Shown here: positions 23,401 through 37,400 of the stretch, piece by piece
How the letters are laid out: each line of letters begins with the position of its first letter
Numbering within the stretch: position 1 is the stretch's first letter
Source: Cenococcum geophilum
Lineage: Eukaryota
Direction: 5' to 3'
Length of the DNA stretch: 64,000 nt
Assembly (NCBI GenBank): GCA_050273025.1
Contig: CP158636.1
Coordinates: 6,076,001 to 6,140,000 of the forward strand
Made by a program: the position numbers and the translations under genes
The notes under the pieces: model-generated
What the model was told of the DNA's origin: nothing
Seen by the model: the letters and a program-made list of their open reading frames with translations, nothing else
The model's database searches: none

Positions 23401-26400
23401 TCTTAAGATAAGATAAGGCAAGCTTAAGGACCTACAACAGACAGAAACCAATAGAGTAGAGTAGTGGCTTAGTTTAAAGATATACGAATAAGCTTGGGAT
23501 AAGAATTCCTAATAGTATAAGATTCTTAAGATAAGATAAGTAAGATCTAGGACTCTTAAGATAAGACAAGGACACTAGTTAAGCCTAGTTAGACTAAGGC
23601 AGGGGCTAAGCTTAAGTTAGAAGCAAGCTTGGGATTAAAGAACCTAAGGGGTTAAAAATTTGGGGTGTAAATTAGGACACCTATAGATAAGAGGTAAGGA
23701 GCTTCTTTATAGATTAAAGAATCTGTAATATAAATAGTAATTAAACTGGGAGACGAATATATAGACTTAGAGGATTTACTAGTTAAATAAAGTATTCGGA
23801 CTAAAGATTGAAAAACTAATATTAGGATTAAGAAGTAAGATAACTTTAAAGATTAAAGTATAAGGCACAAACCAAAAGAAACTATAGAAGAATTTAGATA
23901 AAGAATTATCGCGTGGTAAGAACAGAAACTAAATAAAAGATTTAGCATATTGGGACGTATAAAGGATAGAGTATTAGTATAAAGAATCACTAATAAGCCG
24001 AGAGTAGGCACACTAAGAGCTAAGTGGCTTACTAAACTAAAATAAAAAGAGGATTTAGGGATTCCTACTAGGTTTAAGGAACGATATACTAAAGGCTATT
24101 ATAACGTAGTAATAAAGAGATATTTCCTTACGGACAGACCGTATATACTCTAGCAGTTATACTAAAAGTAGTATAGGTAATGACGTAATAATAAGTAGGA
24201 AGATTTCTATATATAGTTAGATAAAAAAGTTATTTAAGACCACCTAATTACAGAGAAGGCCATAACGTATATTAAAGGAGCCTTAATTATAATATTAAAG
24301 GATCTAAAGGAATATTTAGAGGACTAAAGAAGCGAGAGACGCATCTTAGTACCTATAAATAAAGTTATAACGTTTAGATTAGTATAATAAAGGTTTAAAC
24401 TTAGGGACGAAGACGAGCTAAGAGTTAACTTAAAGCACCTAGTATACTATACGATATTATAGATTATATGCGTGGATAATATATGTAAAATATATAAGAA
24501 TCTAAAAGAAAAGAATTAGAAATACCCTATAAGGATATACTAGATAACGGATAAGTAATAGTATAGGAATGCTAAATATATATATAGATAGCATCTAATA
24601 GAAATCTAAGAGGAAGGAAGCTTAGTACTTTAACCAGGAAGATTCCTTACGGAAGAATACTTAGACGGACGATAGTAGTGGAAATGCCCAGAAAATATGT
24701 ATCTATGGTATATTAAAGATAAAAAGCGAACTAGGTATTAGCTAAAAAGTGAGCTAAATATACTAGGATTAAGCAGCTAATAGTTAGGAAAAGTAGAGGC
24801 CTATAGGACCAAAGGGAGCCAGTAGTAGAGCCTTAGACCCTTAAAGGAATTTAAGGATAATACCTAAATTTATAAGTTAATTGGTAGGATTAGCAGTTTA
24901 AAGCGCTAATAGATAGTAGAGTAACGCGAAACTATATTTTACTAGTAGTAGTTAAGAGAATAGGATTACCTTATAGACAAAAGGAGTAATTTTACCTATT
25001 AGTTATAATTTTAGGAGATCTAATAACCTATAGAGGAGGAATTATTAATCTTAAAATAGGACCTATTTAGATAACTATTAAAGGAAGACAAATTGAGATG
25101 TCTTTTAATATCCTACTATTAGGACGAGATGAGGCAGTATTAGGTATACCTTAGTTATAGGAATATAATCTAAGGATTGATTAAATTATAGGTTAGGTTA
25201 ATATTAGAGATACTTAATGCTGTAAAATATAATAATAAGCTAAGATGGTATGGTACTAAGTAGGAGCAACCTATAAAGAAATAGAAAAAGGACTAAGCTA
25301 TATACTAAAGAGATACTATAAGTATGGTAAGAAACTATAGTTACCGGAAAGTAAAAAGCTATTAGAATATATAGTATAGGACTATAAAATAGAGTTAGAA
25401 CTAGGAATAAGTCTAAGGTTCTTTTTAATCTACAAGCTTACTAAAGAAGAAGGTAGAGCATTAAAAGAGTTTATCTAGGAAAATCTATAAAAGGGATATA
25501 TTAGACCATCGCAATTATTAGCGGGTTATCTAGTACTATTTATACTAAAGAAGAATAGTAAACTAAGGCTGTATATTAACTATAGACAGTTAAACAGCAT
25601 TACTAGGAAGGATAGGTATCCTTTACCCTTAATTAGCGAAATCTAAGATAGGATAGGTAATGCGCAAATCTTTATAAAGATAAATCTAAGATAGGCGTAC
25701 TATTAGATTAGGATTAAGGAAGGCAATAAATAGAAGGCAGCCTTTAGGTTAAAGGAAGGACTATATAAACCATTAGTTATGCAATTTAGGCTTATAAACG
25801 TACTAGTAACGTTCTAGAAGCGTATTAATAATATATTAGGAGAATACTTAGATGAATTTATTATAGTATATCTTAACGATATTATTATCTACTTAATAAC
25901 TAAGGAAAAATATGGGGAACACGTTAAATAGGTCTTAAAGAGACTATAAGAAGAATAAATGCTAGTAGCAATTAAGAAATGCGAGTTCTTTACTAGGAAG
26001 ACCGATTTTATTAGATTTATTATTAAACTAGGCTAACTTAGTATAGATTTAAAGAAGATTGAGGCTATAGTAAATTGGTAGGAACTAGAGAATATTATAT
26101 AGTTAAGATTGTTTTTAGGGTTTTGCAATTACTATAGAAGGTTTATAGCGCAGTGGTTAAAGGATATTAAGCTATTTACGCGGTTAATAAAGAAAGAAGA
26201 ACTATAGGTATGGGGGGAGGAGTAAAGAGAACTTTTTAAGAAAGTTAAAGAGTTGTTTACCTAGGAGCTAGTTCTTAAGATCTATTAACTAGGACTAAAG
26301 ACGGTTATAGAAATAGATGCATTAGACTATATACTAGGGGCGTGCTTTATATAAAGGCATTAAAATAGATGGCACCTAGTGGCATACTATAGTTAAAAGA

Positions 26401-29400
26401 TAACACTACTAGAGTTAAACTATAACATCTATAATAAGGAGTTATTAGGTATAGTTATAGTATTAAAGGAATAGAGAGCATTCTTATAAGGTATAGAGAA
26501 ACTATTTATAGTTAAGACGGATTATAAGAACCTAATAGGATTCCTAATAATAAAGGAACTTAATTAAAGATAGGTTAGATAGGTAGAGATGCTTACGGAA
26601 TACTATTTTAAAATTTAGTATACTAAAGGTATAAATAATATATGGGTAGATGCTCTAAGCCGTAAAGCTAAACTATAAAATAAGGAAAAGCTATTAGGGG
26701 CTTTATTGCGAAAAGATATAGACGGATTAATTAGGTACAATTATCCAAAAATTATAGTAACTTAAGAAGATAATAAACTAAAGAAAGTCTATAAGATACT
26801 AGAAAGCTTTTAGGTATAAAGAATTCTAGAGGTATAGCTAGAAGATCTATAGACGGATATATACGAAAATTAAGAAGTAAAGTACATCCTAAAAAGTATA
26901 GCGGAGTAATTTGTAGAGGACTTCTATAAGGGACTAACCTAAGGACATAATGGAGCTATAGGCTTAGTGTTAAGACTCTAGGAGGAGTATATTATTAACG
27001 GAATCTAGGGGATAGCTAGAAAGGTTATAAAGAAATATTTAGATTACTAAAGAAATAAACTAATAAGGCATAAGCTATATAGAGGGCTATAACCTATTAA
27101 AATACTAGAGAGACTATAGGAGGTTATATTATAGGACTTTATTATTAAGTTACTAAAATTAAAAAACCCTATTACCGGATAAGATCACGACGCGATCTTA
27201 GTAATAGTAGATAAGCTTATAAAGTAGGGATACTTTATAGCATGTATAGAAGAAATCTTAGTAGAAGATGTCGCTAGAATCTACGTTAAAGAAGTGTTTA
27301 TAAGACATAGAGTATTAAGCAAGATTATATTAGATAGAGATCTAAGATTCATAGTAGTATTTTAGGAAGTATTCTTAGCGGAGCAAAGAGTTTAAGTAGT
27401 AACTTTCACTGTATATTATCCGCAGACAGATAGTTAAATAGAAAGGTTAAATTAGACGCTAGAGCAGTACCTAAGGCATTATATTAATTATGTATAGAAT
27501 AATTAGGTATCGCTATTACTAGTTATATAGTTTATATATAATATAACACCTTAAGAAGGAATAGGTATATTACTATTTAAGGCAAATTATGGATATAAGC
27601 TAAGAACATTGTTATTATTACGGCAAGTAAAGAAAATAAGTAGTATAGCTAAAGAGAGAATAAAGATATTAATAAATCTTTATATAGACCTTACGGAATT
27701 AGTAAAGAAAGTATAAGAGAGAATGAAAAAGTACTATAATACTAAGAGATCTAAGGGACCAGATCTTAAGGAGGGAGATAAAGTATGGCTACTATATAAA
27801 ATTTTTAAAAGTCGATAACTAAGTAAGAAATTGGATTACGTTAGACTAGGACCTTTTAAAATTATATAAAGGATTTTACTGGTTACGTTTAAGTTAAACC
27901 TACTAGCTAAAATAAAGATCTACCCTATATAGCATATTATAATGCTAGAGCTAGTATATAGGAATATTAAGCCACTGGTTTATAAAGCAGACATATATAG
28001 AGGATAAGAAGAAGACAAATAGTAAGTATTAAAGATTGTTAATTATAAGAACATTAACGACAAGATATAGTATAAGGTTAAGTGGATAGGCTATACTAAG
28101 ACTACCTAGGAGCTATTAGAGAATTTAAAAAACGCTATAAGAAAGGTATAGGAGTATTAAAAGAGATTAGGTTAGGCAGCATTAATAAAGAAAAATTGCC
28201 AAAGAATAAGTTACCTAAGGGGGACCTAAGAAGAGTAGTTGCTAAACTACTTAGATTTATTTCCTTCTTTATTAAAAGAGAATCCGTTTTTTTATTACTT
28301 AGTTCCTATAGACCTTATTTTATAAGTTTCTACTTCTTAAAACAAACCTTCTTATAAACCTTTTTAAGATAAAGTAGACGAGTAAATACCGTAATTTAAA
28401 TATTTAGGGCCTTTTATTCCGTATTACGGGAACGTTTTAACTTAGTAAGGGCTTACAATAGTTTACTATCCAGCTATATAGCAGCAGATTAAACACAAAA
28501 CCCTAAGACAAATTAATTAGGGAACTAGATGACTATTAAGAGTAATAGGTCGCGTATATTTAGCATTAGAAGTAAAGTAAACGTCATAAGATAAACAAAT
28601 ATTTACTTTAATATACTCTAAGTAAAAAAAAGGTTGTTATAAAGATAGGTTCGCTAATATAACATAAACTAACCCCTTTTTTAAACAACAAGAATATAAA
28701 GACGGTATAATCTCACTAAGAAATAATATTACAGCAATAGTGTGAGTATAACGTTGGGCGTATAAAGAAGAAATTGCTTTAGGTATAATAAGCAATAATA
28801 TTAACTAAATTAATTAAATAGATATTATACCTTTAGTAAACGACTTAAAGATATTTTAAATCTTTAAGGATAAAGATAAAGAGGAGGGAGATGGTATTAC
28901 GGACGCTCTAAGTATAATATTATAACTACTTAGAGAAAAGACAAAAGAAGCTAGTTAGTTAATTTAGGCACGGTCTAGAATAGAGCCGATAGAACTATAT
29001 AACGAGGAATAGTAACTAAGGTTATATAATATACTACGTATTAAATAAGAGGAATAAAAGGAACTTATGTACCTTATATATAAGACGTATATTACGTATA
29101 AGAAGGATTTTATAGGAGTACGGTTGTGTATTTAAGGACCCTTAGTCCCTACCTAGATAGTTCCTTCCTTATAGTAATTCTCAGAATATAATTAGAGTTA
29201 ATCTATTGGGCAACCACTCCACTAGTTATTATTACGTTGTTGACTTTTATACTTGCATTTCCTACACACCTAGCCCATTAACGAACCTATCGTAGTTCTT
29301 GCTACAAGGTTCCGTTACACGCAGCTATTACACTATAGACGCCCTTCCGAAACGCCAGCCTACATTAGCACCAGCCTTATCGGCACTAGCCTTATCGGCA

Positions 29401-30061
29401 CCAATCTTAACGTCTCCACGTCGCCAAATTTAATGTCTTAACGTTACCAGATATAACGTCTTAACGTCACCAAAGTTACTAAGTAACTACCTCTAGATCT
29501 ACCTTAATTACAGCTTATATGGCTATAGCCTAAATAACTACCTTAAACATAGATTAAATATCTACCTCAACTATAGATTAAAAAAATCTACCGCGAGCAT
29601 AGATTAATTAACTGCCTTAAATGCAGATTAAATTACTACACCTCTTTAAATACAGTCTCCTAAGAGGCTAGGGAGGACGCCTTTTTGAATATAGTCTTCT
29701 AAGAGGCTAGGGAGGACATTTTTTTTAAAATATAGTCTCCTAAAAGGCTATAGAGGATATCTCTTTAAATATAGCTCTATGTCCAGAGATATAAAGCTAG
29801 GGAGTACAGTTTCTGCCTTTATTTTTCTTTCTACAGCTTTAACTACACCGTTAAATCTGGGGGGGTGTATAACCGACTACCGGACCTTACATATTACCCT
29901 GTTTTACCTACGTTAGCACTACCCTTATATATCTTGGATACGTTTAATATAAGTTATAGGTTCCGGAGTTAGGGGTCTACTTTTATATATTTATACCACT
30001 TGATTTCCATAGATTTACAATTAAGTTACTTATTCAATTCCCATATACTATAAAGCTTACA
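20470..30061 (+). mobile_element. Non-autonomous LTR element (copia-type PBS), 194-bp LTRs, ~1.6 kb without its nested Gypsy
   Basis: LTRs 20470-20663 and 29868-30061, TG...CA ends, TSD CTAAG/CTAAG, GTTATAAGCCC after the 5' LTR (RIP form of GTTATGAGCCC), G-run PPT; no pol seen. Confidence 0.85.
21369..29319 (+). mobile_element. Full-length Ty3/Gypsy chromovirus, RIP-inactivated
   Basis: 425-bp LTRs 21369-21793 and 28895-29319, TSD CGCAG/CGCAG; gag from ~21838, zinc-knuckle relic ~22830, protease ALIDS ~24903, RT YLND (YLDD) ~25868, RNase H, integrase, chromodomain YKVKWIGY ~28070; purine PPT. Confidence 0.93.
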
Positions 30062-31419
30062 CTAAGCGATATATGCGAAACCTATCTCCGTAGCAATTTC
30101 TAAAGCATATTAAAGATATCTGTATAGCGGCTTTTTTAAAAGATATATGCCGCGATGTAAATTAGCGCACGTCTAATTATTTAGAGCTATTTGCTAACGT
30201 ACGTTAGCTAGTAATAACGTCGTCCTCTACGAATATATTAAGCTTTACCGCTAATAACTATAATATAGAGTTCTTTAATTATATCCGGTTCCTATAGGTT
30301 ATTAATACTTATAAGCTTCTAAAATACGCTATTAAGTATGCGGATATCGGACTACTAAAGTATATAATCACCCGCCTTTGCTTATACTTTGCTAAAAGCT
30401 TATTAAAGAACTATATATATAATATGCTAATCCTATAGCAACTAGTTAGAATAAGCGCTTACGATTTAGTGCTTTAACGGGCTATCCTTATTAATAGTTT
30501 AGTTAACCTCCGAGGGCGGCTAGATAGCTTTTTTAAGACGGATCGCCTTAATAAACTACTAAATCTTTAACTTAAGGAGTTAATCTGGACGTATAGGAAT
30601 TCGACGTTTGGTATAAACGAGCTATTTAAGTAGAGTATTCTTATAATAAGTTACACTAGTATACTCCGCGATATTTTTAAGCGTGTATTTAGCAAGCGTA
30701 TAAATAGCGAATATATAACTAAGTCTCCAGCACTAGATATCCGCTATCTTATAGATTAGATTAGGAAGGATTTAATTATATAATATACGCGGCGCTTAGT
30801 GGATTTTAAGGCTCCTTCGCTTTTATAGCGTAGATATAAAAAACTCGTAAAGGACGGCGTAAATATATTTAACGCCTTTCTATTAACTGCAGCTAGTTTA
30901 CTATTTAATCCCCTTATATATAGCTTTAGTGACGCTAATAAGAATATAGAGGTACTAAGAGAAGCTACTAAATATATTTATATGGTTTGTTGTCTTAATG
31001 TTATACCTATACCTCTGCTAATATGTATAATAGTTAGTATATAAGTTACTTAATAAATGCTAAAAGCAATAGTAATATATTGTTTTAATTGCGGATATAC
31101 TTTTATTGTGCGTTAGTGTGTATAGGATATTAGGTTTAAGGCACCTACTATTCTTTAACTTAGATTAAAGCGGCTTTTATAGGGCGGTATTACTAATTTT
31201 AATATACGGATGTCTTATATTAGTAGTTTACTATATAACCCTTATAAGGACGGATTTAATAAGGCTATAGATAATATGCTGGAAGACTTTTAAATACTAG
31301 AGCTTATAGTACGTTTCCGTCTTAATATATTAAGCGAGTTCTTTTTATTAATATTAATTCTAGCTAGTATATAATCTTCTTAGTACGTAGTATATAACGT
31401 AGTAGTTAGCCGTTTTATA

Positions 31420-34400
31420 GTGCAGATATATAAATATCTTTATTTTAGCTTGTGCGGATATCTTTACCTTAGCTTATACAGATATTATAATATTAATTAA
31501 GTATATCTATTAAATATAAGGCGGAGACTTAATTTCTATATATATAGTAGTAAAAAGGTAAGAGCTACTATTTTATTATTATAAACCTGTAATAATAGCT
31601 AACCCGTAGCAACAGCTAATTTATATTTACTTATTTAATATCCGGTAGCCTAGTATTGCGTATAAGTGTAATAATACTACGCCTTAGGAATATAAGCTTA
31701 TCCTTTATCTTACTTAGAGAATCTCTAAACTTATTTAACTAGCGATCTATAGCTTAAACATCTTTCGCTATATTAGTTACCTATTTATAAACTATATTAA
31801 TGCGCGCAGAAATAGTAATTACTAAATACACCCCAACAAATTCCGTGCTAGTGGAAGTAGTAGCAGTAATAGCAGCACCTAGCGTGCTAGTAATTGGGAA
31901 AAGAGGTAGAGAAGCAGCGGCAGAGTAGGTACCTCTACGGCCGCGCGTACTACTGCGAGTAGGAGTCTTAATAAGGGGGGAGGTCTTAGTAGGGGGGAGA
32001 GGCGTAGTAGCGCGGGCGGGGATAGTATGAGTATAAAGCTATACGGATATTAGTAATATCCGTATTATTAAGATGCGGATATTATACCTTCTTAGTAGGT
32101 ATTCCAGCCGGGCTACTAGCAGAAGCTAATTACGTATATTTTTTGCGCTAAGGTATAACCGGCTCCAGATTTAGTAAGCTTTTCTATATACGTATTAGCT
32201 AATAGAATAATAGTATACTATTAGCGTATACCGTTCCATATAACCTACTACTAAAATAATATTTTAAGCACGCACCTCTAAAATAAGGCCTAGAGTTCTG
32301 CTTATAAACGCAATATTTATAGCTATACTTCTCATATAGAGCGCATAATAGATTACGCAGCTTACTAAAGCTACCCTTAATATTCTAAACGTGTGTTAAT
32401 ATCCGCTAGCGACTTTCCTTTATACTTTCCTAAACACTAGCTTTTAGAGTATACTATTTATTCGCTAACAGCACTTAGATAGGAAGGCGCTTATTTATAT
32501 TAGGAGTACTATAGAGATTATAAGAGCTGCGGAGATTGCGAGGGCTGCGGAGATTATAAGAGTTAGCGTCATTAAGGTCTTTATCTTTATTACTATCTAA
32601 AGGAACCTTATATATAGTATTTAGGTCATTATAAAAGGTAAATTAGTAGATAAGACGCTAAAATAGTATAACTAATATATACGATTTAATAGCTATTTTA
32701 AGCTTTATATTTATATTAGTAGCCTTCCTAGCCTACTTTTTAAGAAAAGAAGATAAACGAGCCTTATTAAGCCTCTTTTTAGAAGTATTAGGCGGCGGCA
32801 GTAGGGAGGCAGATAGTGAAGTAGTAGATAGTAAAGTAGCCTATAGCAAAAATATAGGCAGCGGAAAGGCATCCAGTAAAAAGGTAAGCGGGTTTTTAGC
32901 GGATTTCACTCTATCCTTATTATTGTCGTCTACTAAACCTTATAAAGAGCGCTTCGGTATATATTTCCTAAAATTATATTAGTTATAGGCATAATTTAAT
33001 ATTAGAAAGCTTACTCTTTAGGAATAAAATCTAAAGGCTTAGTAAGAGCAGCTATAGCGTGCTTAATAGTATTAAACTCCTTATTATTAACGTCGCGTAT
33101 ATTAAGTTCCTTAACCGCTTAGTTACTATTATTCGCATTAATATCGTTTATAGATGTAAATATAGGCATTATAGATAGTAGTATTCTAAAGAACAGTATA
33201 TAAAACAATAATAATAAAGTTCGCGATGCGGTGCTATAAGGTGGAAGGTTAGTAGAGGAAGAAGAGGTACAGAGGTTAATTAAAGGTAAATATCTACGCT
33301 ACTAATTTTATTAAATTAGCTTACTAACAAATAATCGCTGCTATAGTAACTTACTTTAGTAAATATTAACGGTGCGGATATATAAATATCTTTATCTTAG
33401 CTTATGCGGATATCCTTATCCTAGCCTATATAGATATTATAATATTAATTAAGTATATCTATTAAATATAAGGCAGAGACTTAATTCCTATATACATAGT
33501 AGCAGAGAGGTAAGAGTTACTATTTTATTACTCTAAACCCGTAATAATAGCTAACCTATATCTACTTAAATTCTATATCTAGTAACCTAGCGTTACGTAT
33601 AAGTATAGTAATACCACACCCTATAAACGCAAGTTTATTCTTTATCTTACTTAGAGAATCTTTAAGCTTACTTAACTGGCGATTTATAGCCTGAGTATCT
33701 TTTGCTATCTTAGTTACTCGTTTATAAACTATATTAATACGCGCAGAAATAGTAATTGCTAAATATGCTCTAATATTTTCTATAGTAGCGGGAGCGGCAG
33801 TAGTACCGGAGGCAGTATTACGCGTACTAGGAATTAGTAAAAGAGTAGGTGTCGGGAATAAGGCAATTTGCCGTTACGTGCGACAAATTGCCGTCACGTG
33901 TCGTCACGTGTTGCCGCGGCACTAGCGTGGTAAGGAACCTTAAGTTCCTTACCCTCCCCCTTTCTAAGAAGTATTATATAATAATAACCATTATACTATC
34001 TATAAACCGTAGCTATATGATATTACCTTATAATCTAACACTAATTAGTGGTTAACTTTATAGTTATACTATAGAACAGCTAGGTATTTACTAAGAAGAG
34101 ATAAGCTACTATACTAGTGCTACTCGTGCTAAGGGAAGCTGTCTTTTAAGCTTAGAACTGGTCCTAAACCTTAAATAGAACTCTTATATAAATCTAAGGA
34201 TTTAAAAGGCTAGAACTGGTCCTAAGCCTTCCCTAGATTATAGATTCTTACGTCTATTACGCAGAATAATACGCTTTATAAGTCTTTGCGATTTAAGGCT
34301 AAAACTAGTCCTAAGCCCTATAATTGCAAATATATATTATAAACGCGTACTAAATAATAATCCCTACACTACTAATATCCCCTTCCTTTAAAGATATAAC

Positions 34401-37400
34401 TATGGCTACTCTAAACAACTGGAGAGACTCCTTACTACTAGGGGTAGCTATATACGCGAAATTTATCAATAAAGATTGGGATATATTTACCTTTAATGCA
34501 ATAACCTATACCATAAAATAAGTTAATAGCTTTCTCCTATACTATATTTTATTTTACTAAGATAGCTATTACGCCGATTTATAGTTATAGGAATACTTTA
34601 GGGAGGATTTTATAGGATAGACTACTAATACCTGGGCACTTAGCAATATTAATATTATTTAGGATTTTTAAGACTCCCTCTAAAGGAATAGGGTATATAT
34701 TGTTAAGGATAGTAACCTAATTACTAGTAATATTTACGCCGTTTTTACTAGTATAGAAGAACTAGTATAGACGGAAGCTAAGATTATACATTAACTACGG
34801 AAACCTAAAACTAACCTATATTCTTTAGAAGGCAACTTTAATTTGGAATAAAACCCCTAGAACACTACTCTCTTACCTAAAAGTGCTCTCTTACCTAGAG
34901 GTGCTTTTCCTCTACCTTTACTACCTTTAACTTCTCTATTCTAGCTAACTAATAAGCCTTTATTTTAAGAAGTTATAAATCTAATAAAGGTATATTTAGA
35001 CAAAGAGAAGAAGTTTAGAGGAGAATTATATAATATGCTTAGAGTAAAACTATAGGTCTTTTATAACTGTTACAATAAAGTTAGAATTTAACGCCATTAG
35101 TTCTATTATACTTTTTCTGTTATATTAAAGGGACGGGCGGCGATATTTTATTATAACTATATTATAGGTAAAAACTATAGCTTTAATATAATGCTTTAGC
35201 TTACTAGAGCCTACTTTAAAACTAATAAGAACCGCTAATTTTATATATTTAAATGGCGGGAAACTATATTCTAGAGAGTTATCGCTTCTAACCTAATAAT
35301 AACTTACCTAGAGTATCTTTAACTACTCTTTAATAAACTCTAGAAAATCTAATATGGTTTTATTAAAACCTACTAAAATAAGAATAGTTTAAGGGACTAG
35401 GTTATTTTAGCCTGCTATAACGTTCCTAAGTATAACTTAGCGCTATATAAACCTATAGATATATTTAAAGGAGTATATACTAAACTACGCTCTACTATAG
35501 GTACTATAATACAAATACAAGAATCCTAATAATTCTATGCTAAAAACCCTATTTAAACCGGAATTCTAGACTAATATAATTATAACTGGACTAATTAAAT
35601 ATATAGTGGCCGGAGTAAAGAATACGGCAGAGGGTATAATTAACGTTAACTATAAAGTAATTATAGAGGTCTTTATAGAGGTTTATTTCGGAGCAACCGT
35701 TAAAAAAAGTGCTACGTTTATAAGAAGCCAAATTGCTAGTTAACTAGGCACTCTCTTAATAAGCGAAAGAAGGTATATAATAAGTTTCGACAAAGTATAA
35801 GAAATATTAGAAATTATAAGGTCACTACGGCCTACTTCTAAAGCTTTTTAGTTTAATATAAAGGCGCAAAAGACCTTAAGGATAAGGTTGACGAGGCCGA
35901 ACAGCTTCTTATAGATATGGAAATTAAGGACTACTCTTCCGACTAATACTTTACTAAGTATAGTAAGGTAAATGGCATATAAACTGTCGCTATCCTTAAT
36001 AACCAATCTATATTCTATTCTATTATAAAGTTAGATATCTTTAATAAGCTAAAGGAAAGTTCCGCGTTCTCCTTTAATAACAAATACTCGGCGAACGTCT
36101 TCTATAGTATTATGCTAGATACTAGAGCCGTAGGAGTATCTATAGTAGGAGAACCTTAAGTTTAAGCTCTTTAGCAGCTTAATAGCTCTATTTAAATTAA
36201 TTAATTAACGGCAGGCTAATATATAATTTGCTTCGGTAAGGGTACTATAACCTCTTTTAGCATAATTAAGGTCCAAACCCTATTAGGATATATTACCTTC
36301 TATATTATTCTTATAAACACCCTATTCCTATTCTATATCTAAGATATAGATAAATTAGGCGTTAAGCTTAATAACCTTAAGAATATACTTATTTAGGGAG
36401 ATAATTAGGTACCCGTTATACGCAAGTAGGGTTATCCTTAGTTATTCCTCTAATAACTAGAAAGGAGCGTTGCTTAAAGTTACTTAACTAAGTTAGAGCT
36501 ACGTTAACTACACCGTTATTTTAGCTACCTATCCGTTTACTAACTGCTTAGGGTTCTTTAGCGAGTAGGTTATAAAGTTAAGGTTAAGGTAATTAAGCAT
36601 CTTATAAAGTACTGCTATTACTACTAAATAAACTAGAAGTCCCCTGGCCGATTTAAGTTTACCCTTAAAGATAACTACAACTTTAACTTCTATATTATTA
36701 TTAATGTTATATATCTTAACGGTAAGCTAGTCCTCTAAGCTGTTAACTTATTAACTTTCTTCTAAGCCGCACGTTTCTTAAGGGATATATTAGCTAGAAA
36801 TATATAGGATACCCTTTAATTATGCTAAATTAATATCTACTTAGGACCCCCTAATTAAATTATTTATAACGTAGGAAAGAACTTCTTATCTACGGAGTTT
36901 TAATAATAGGTAAAAGCAATGGCAATTAAGGTTAAGGAAGTCCCTATTAAGGCACATAATAGTATTAAAAAAGTGGAGCAATATTATACGCCATTGCGCC
37001 AAGTATATAAGATTATTTCTTTAGAACTAAAGAACGCTAGCAAAAAAATTATCTTATAGATGGCTGTTAAGGCTGTTAACAATTCCGCTAGTCTAGATAG
37101 GCTTATACCCATATTACTAGTCTTTAGCACCTACCCTTAAATAACTAATAATTCTCTACTATTTCCTTCTATTATATAATAAGCTAAGGCTATTCGCAAG
37201 GTAATAAAAGAGGTACGATATCTCTACGCCACGCGCCAGGTTAACAACGCACTAGAAATAAGAAATGGCCTAAATACCTTAACTACGCTTAATCTGCCAC
37301 TCTAATCTAAGGTACGCGTATAGCGTAAAAAGGGAGGATAGTTAGGCTTATATAAACTTATTATAACTAATGGTTAAACTTATACTCTTTAGATGCCCTA

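Larger units (their letters stand above)
18800..30990 (+). pseudogene. Academ transposase (DUF6589-like) relic, split by LTR insertion 20470-30061
   Basis: Manual translation: IIYNDFNY, LFLVYRD*KT (GDQxT), WVLPILGL*YI*LNFL (PGLWH), IKYADIGLL..RLCLYF..KNY, NSLVNLRGR.DSFF.TDRLN; stops are RIP-type; ends approximate. Confidence 0.8.

Noticed and set aside
31500..33800. PHD finger (AcademHP-like) in the duplicated segment
   Set aside because: Some possible de-RIPed cysteines, but the C4HC3 spacing could not be recovered by eye
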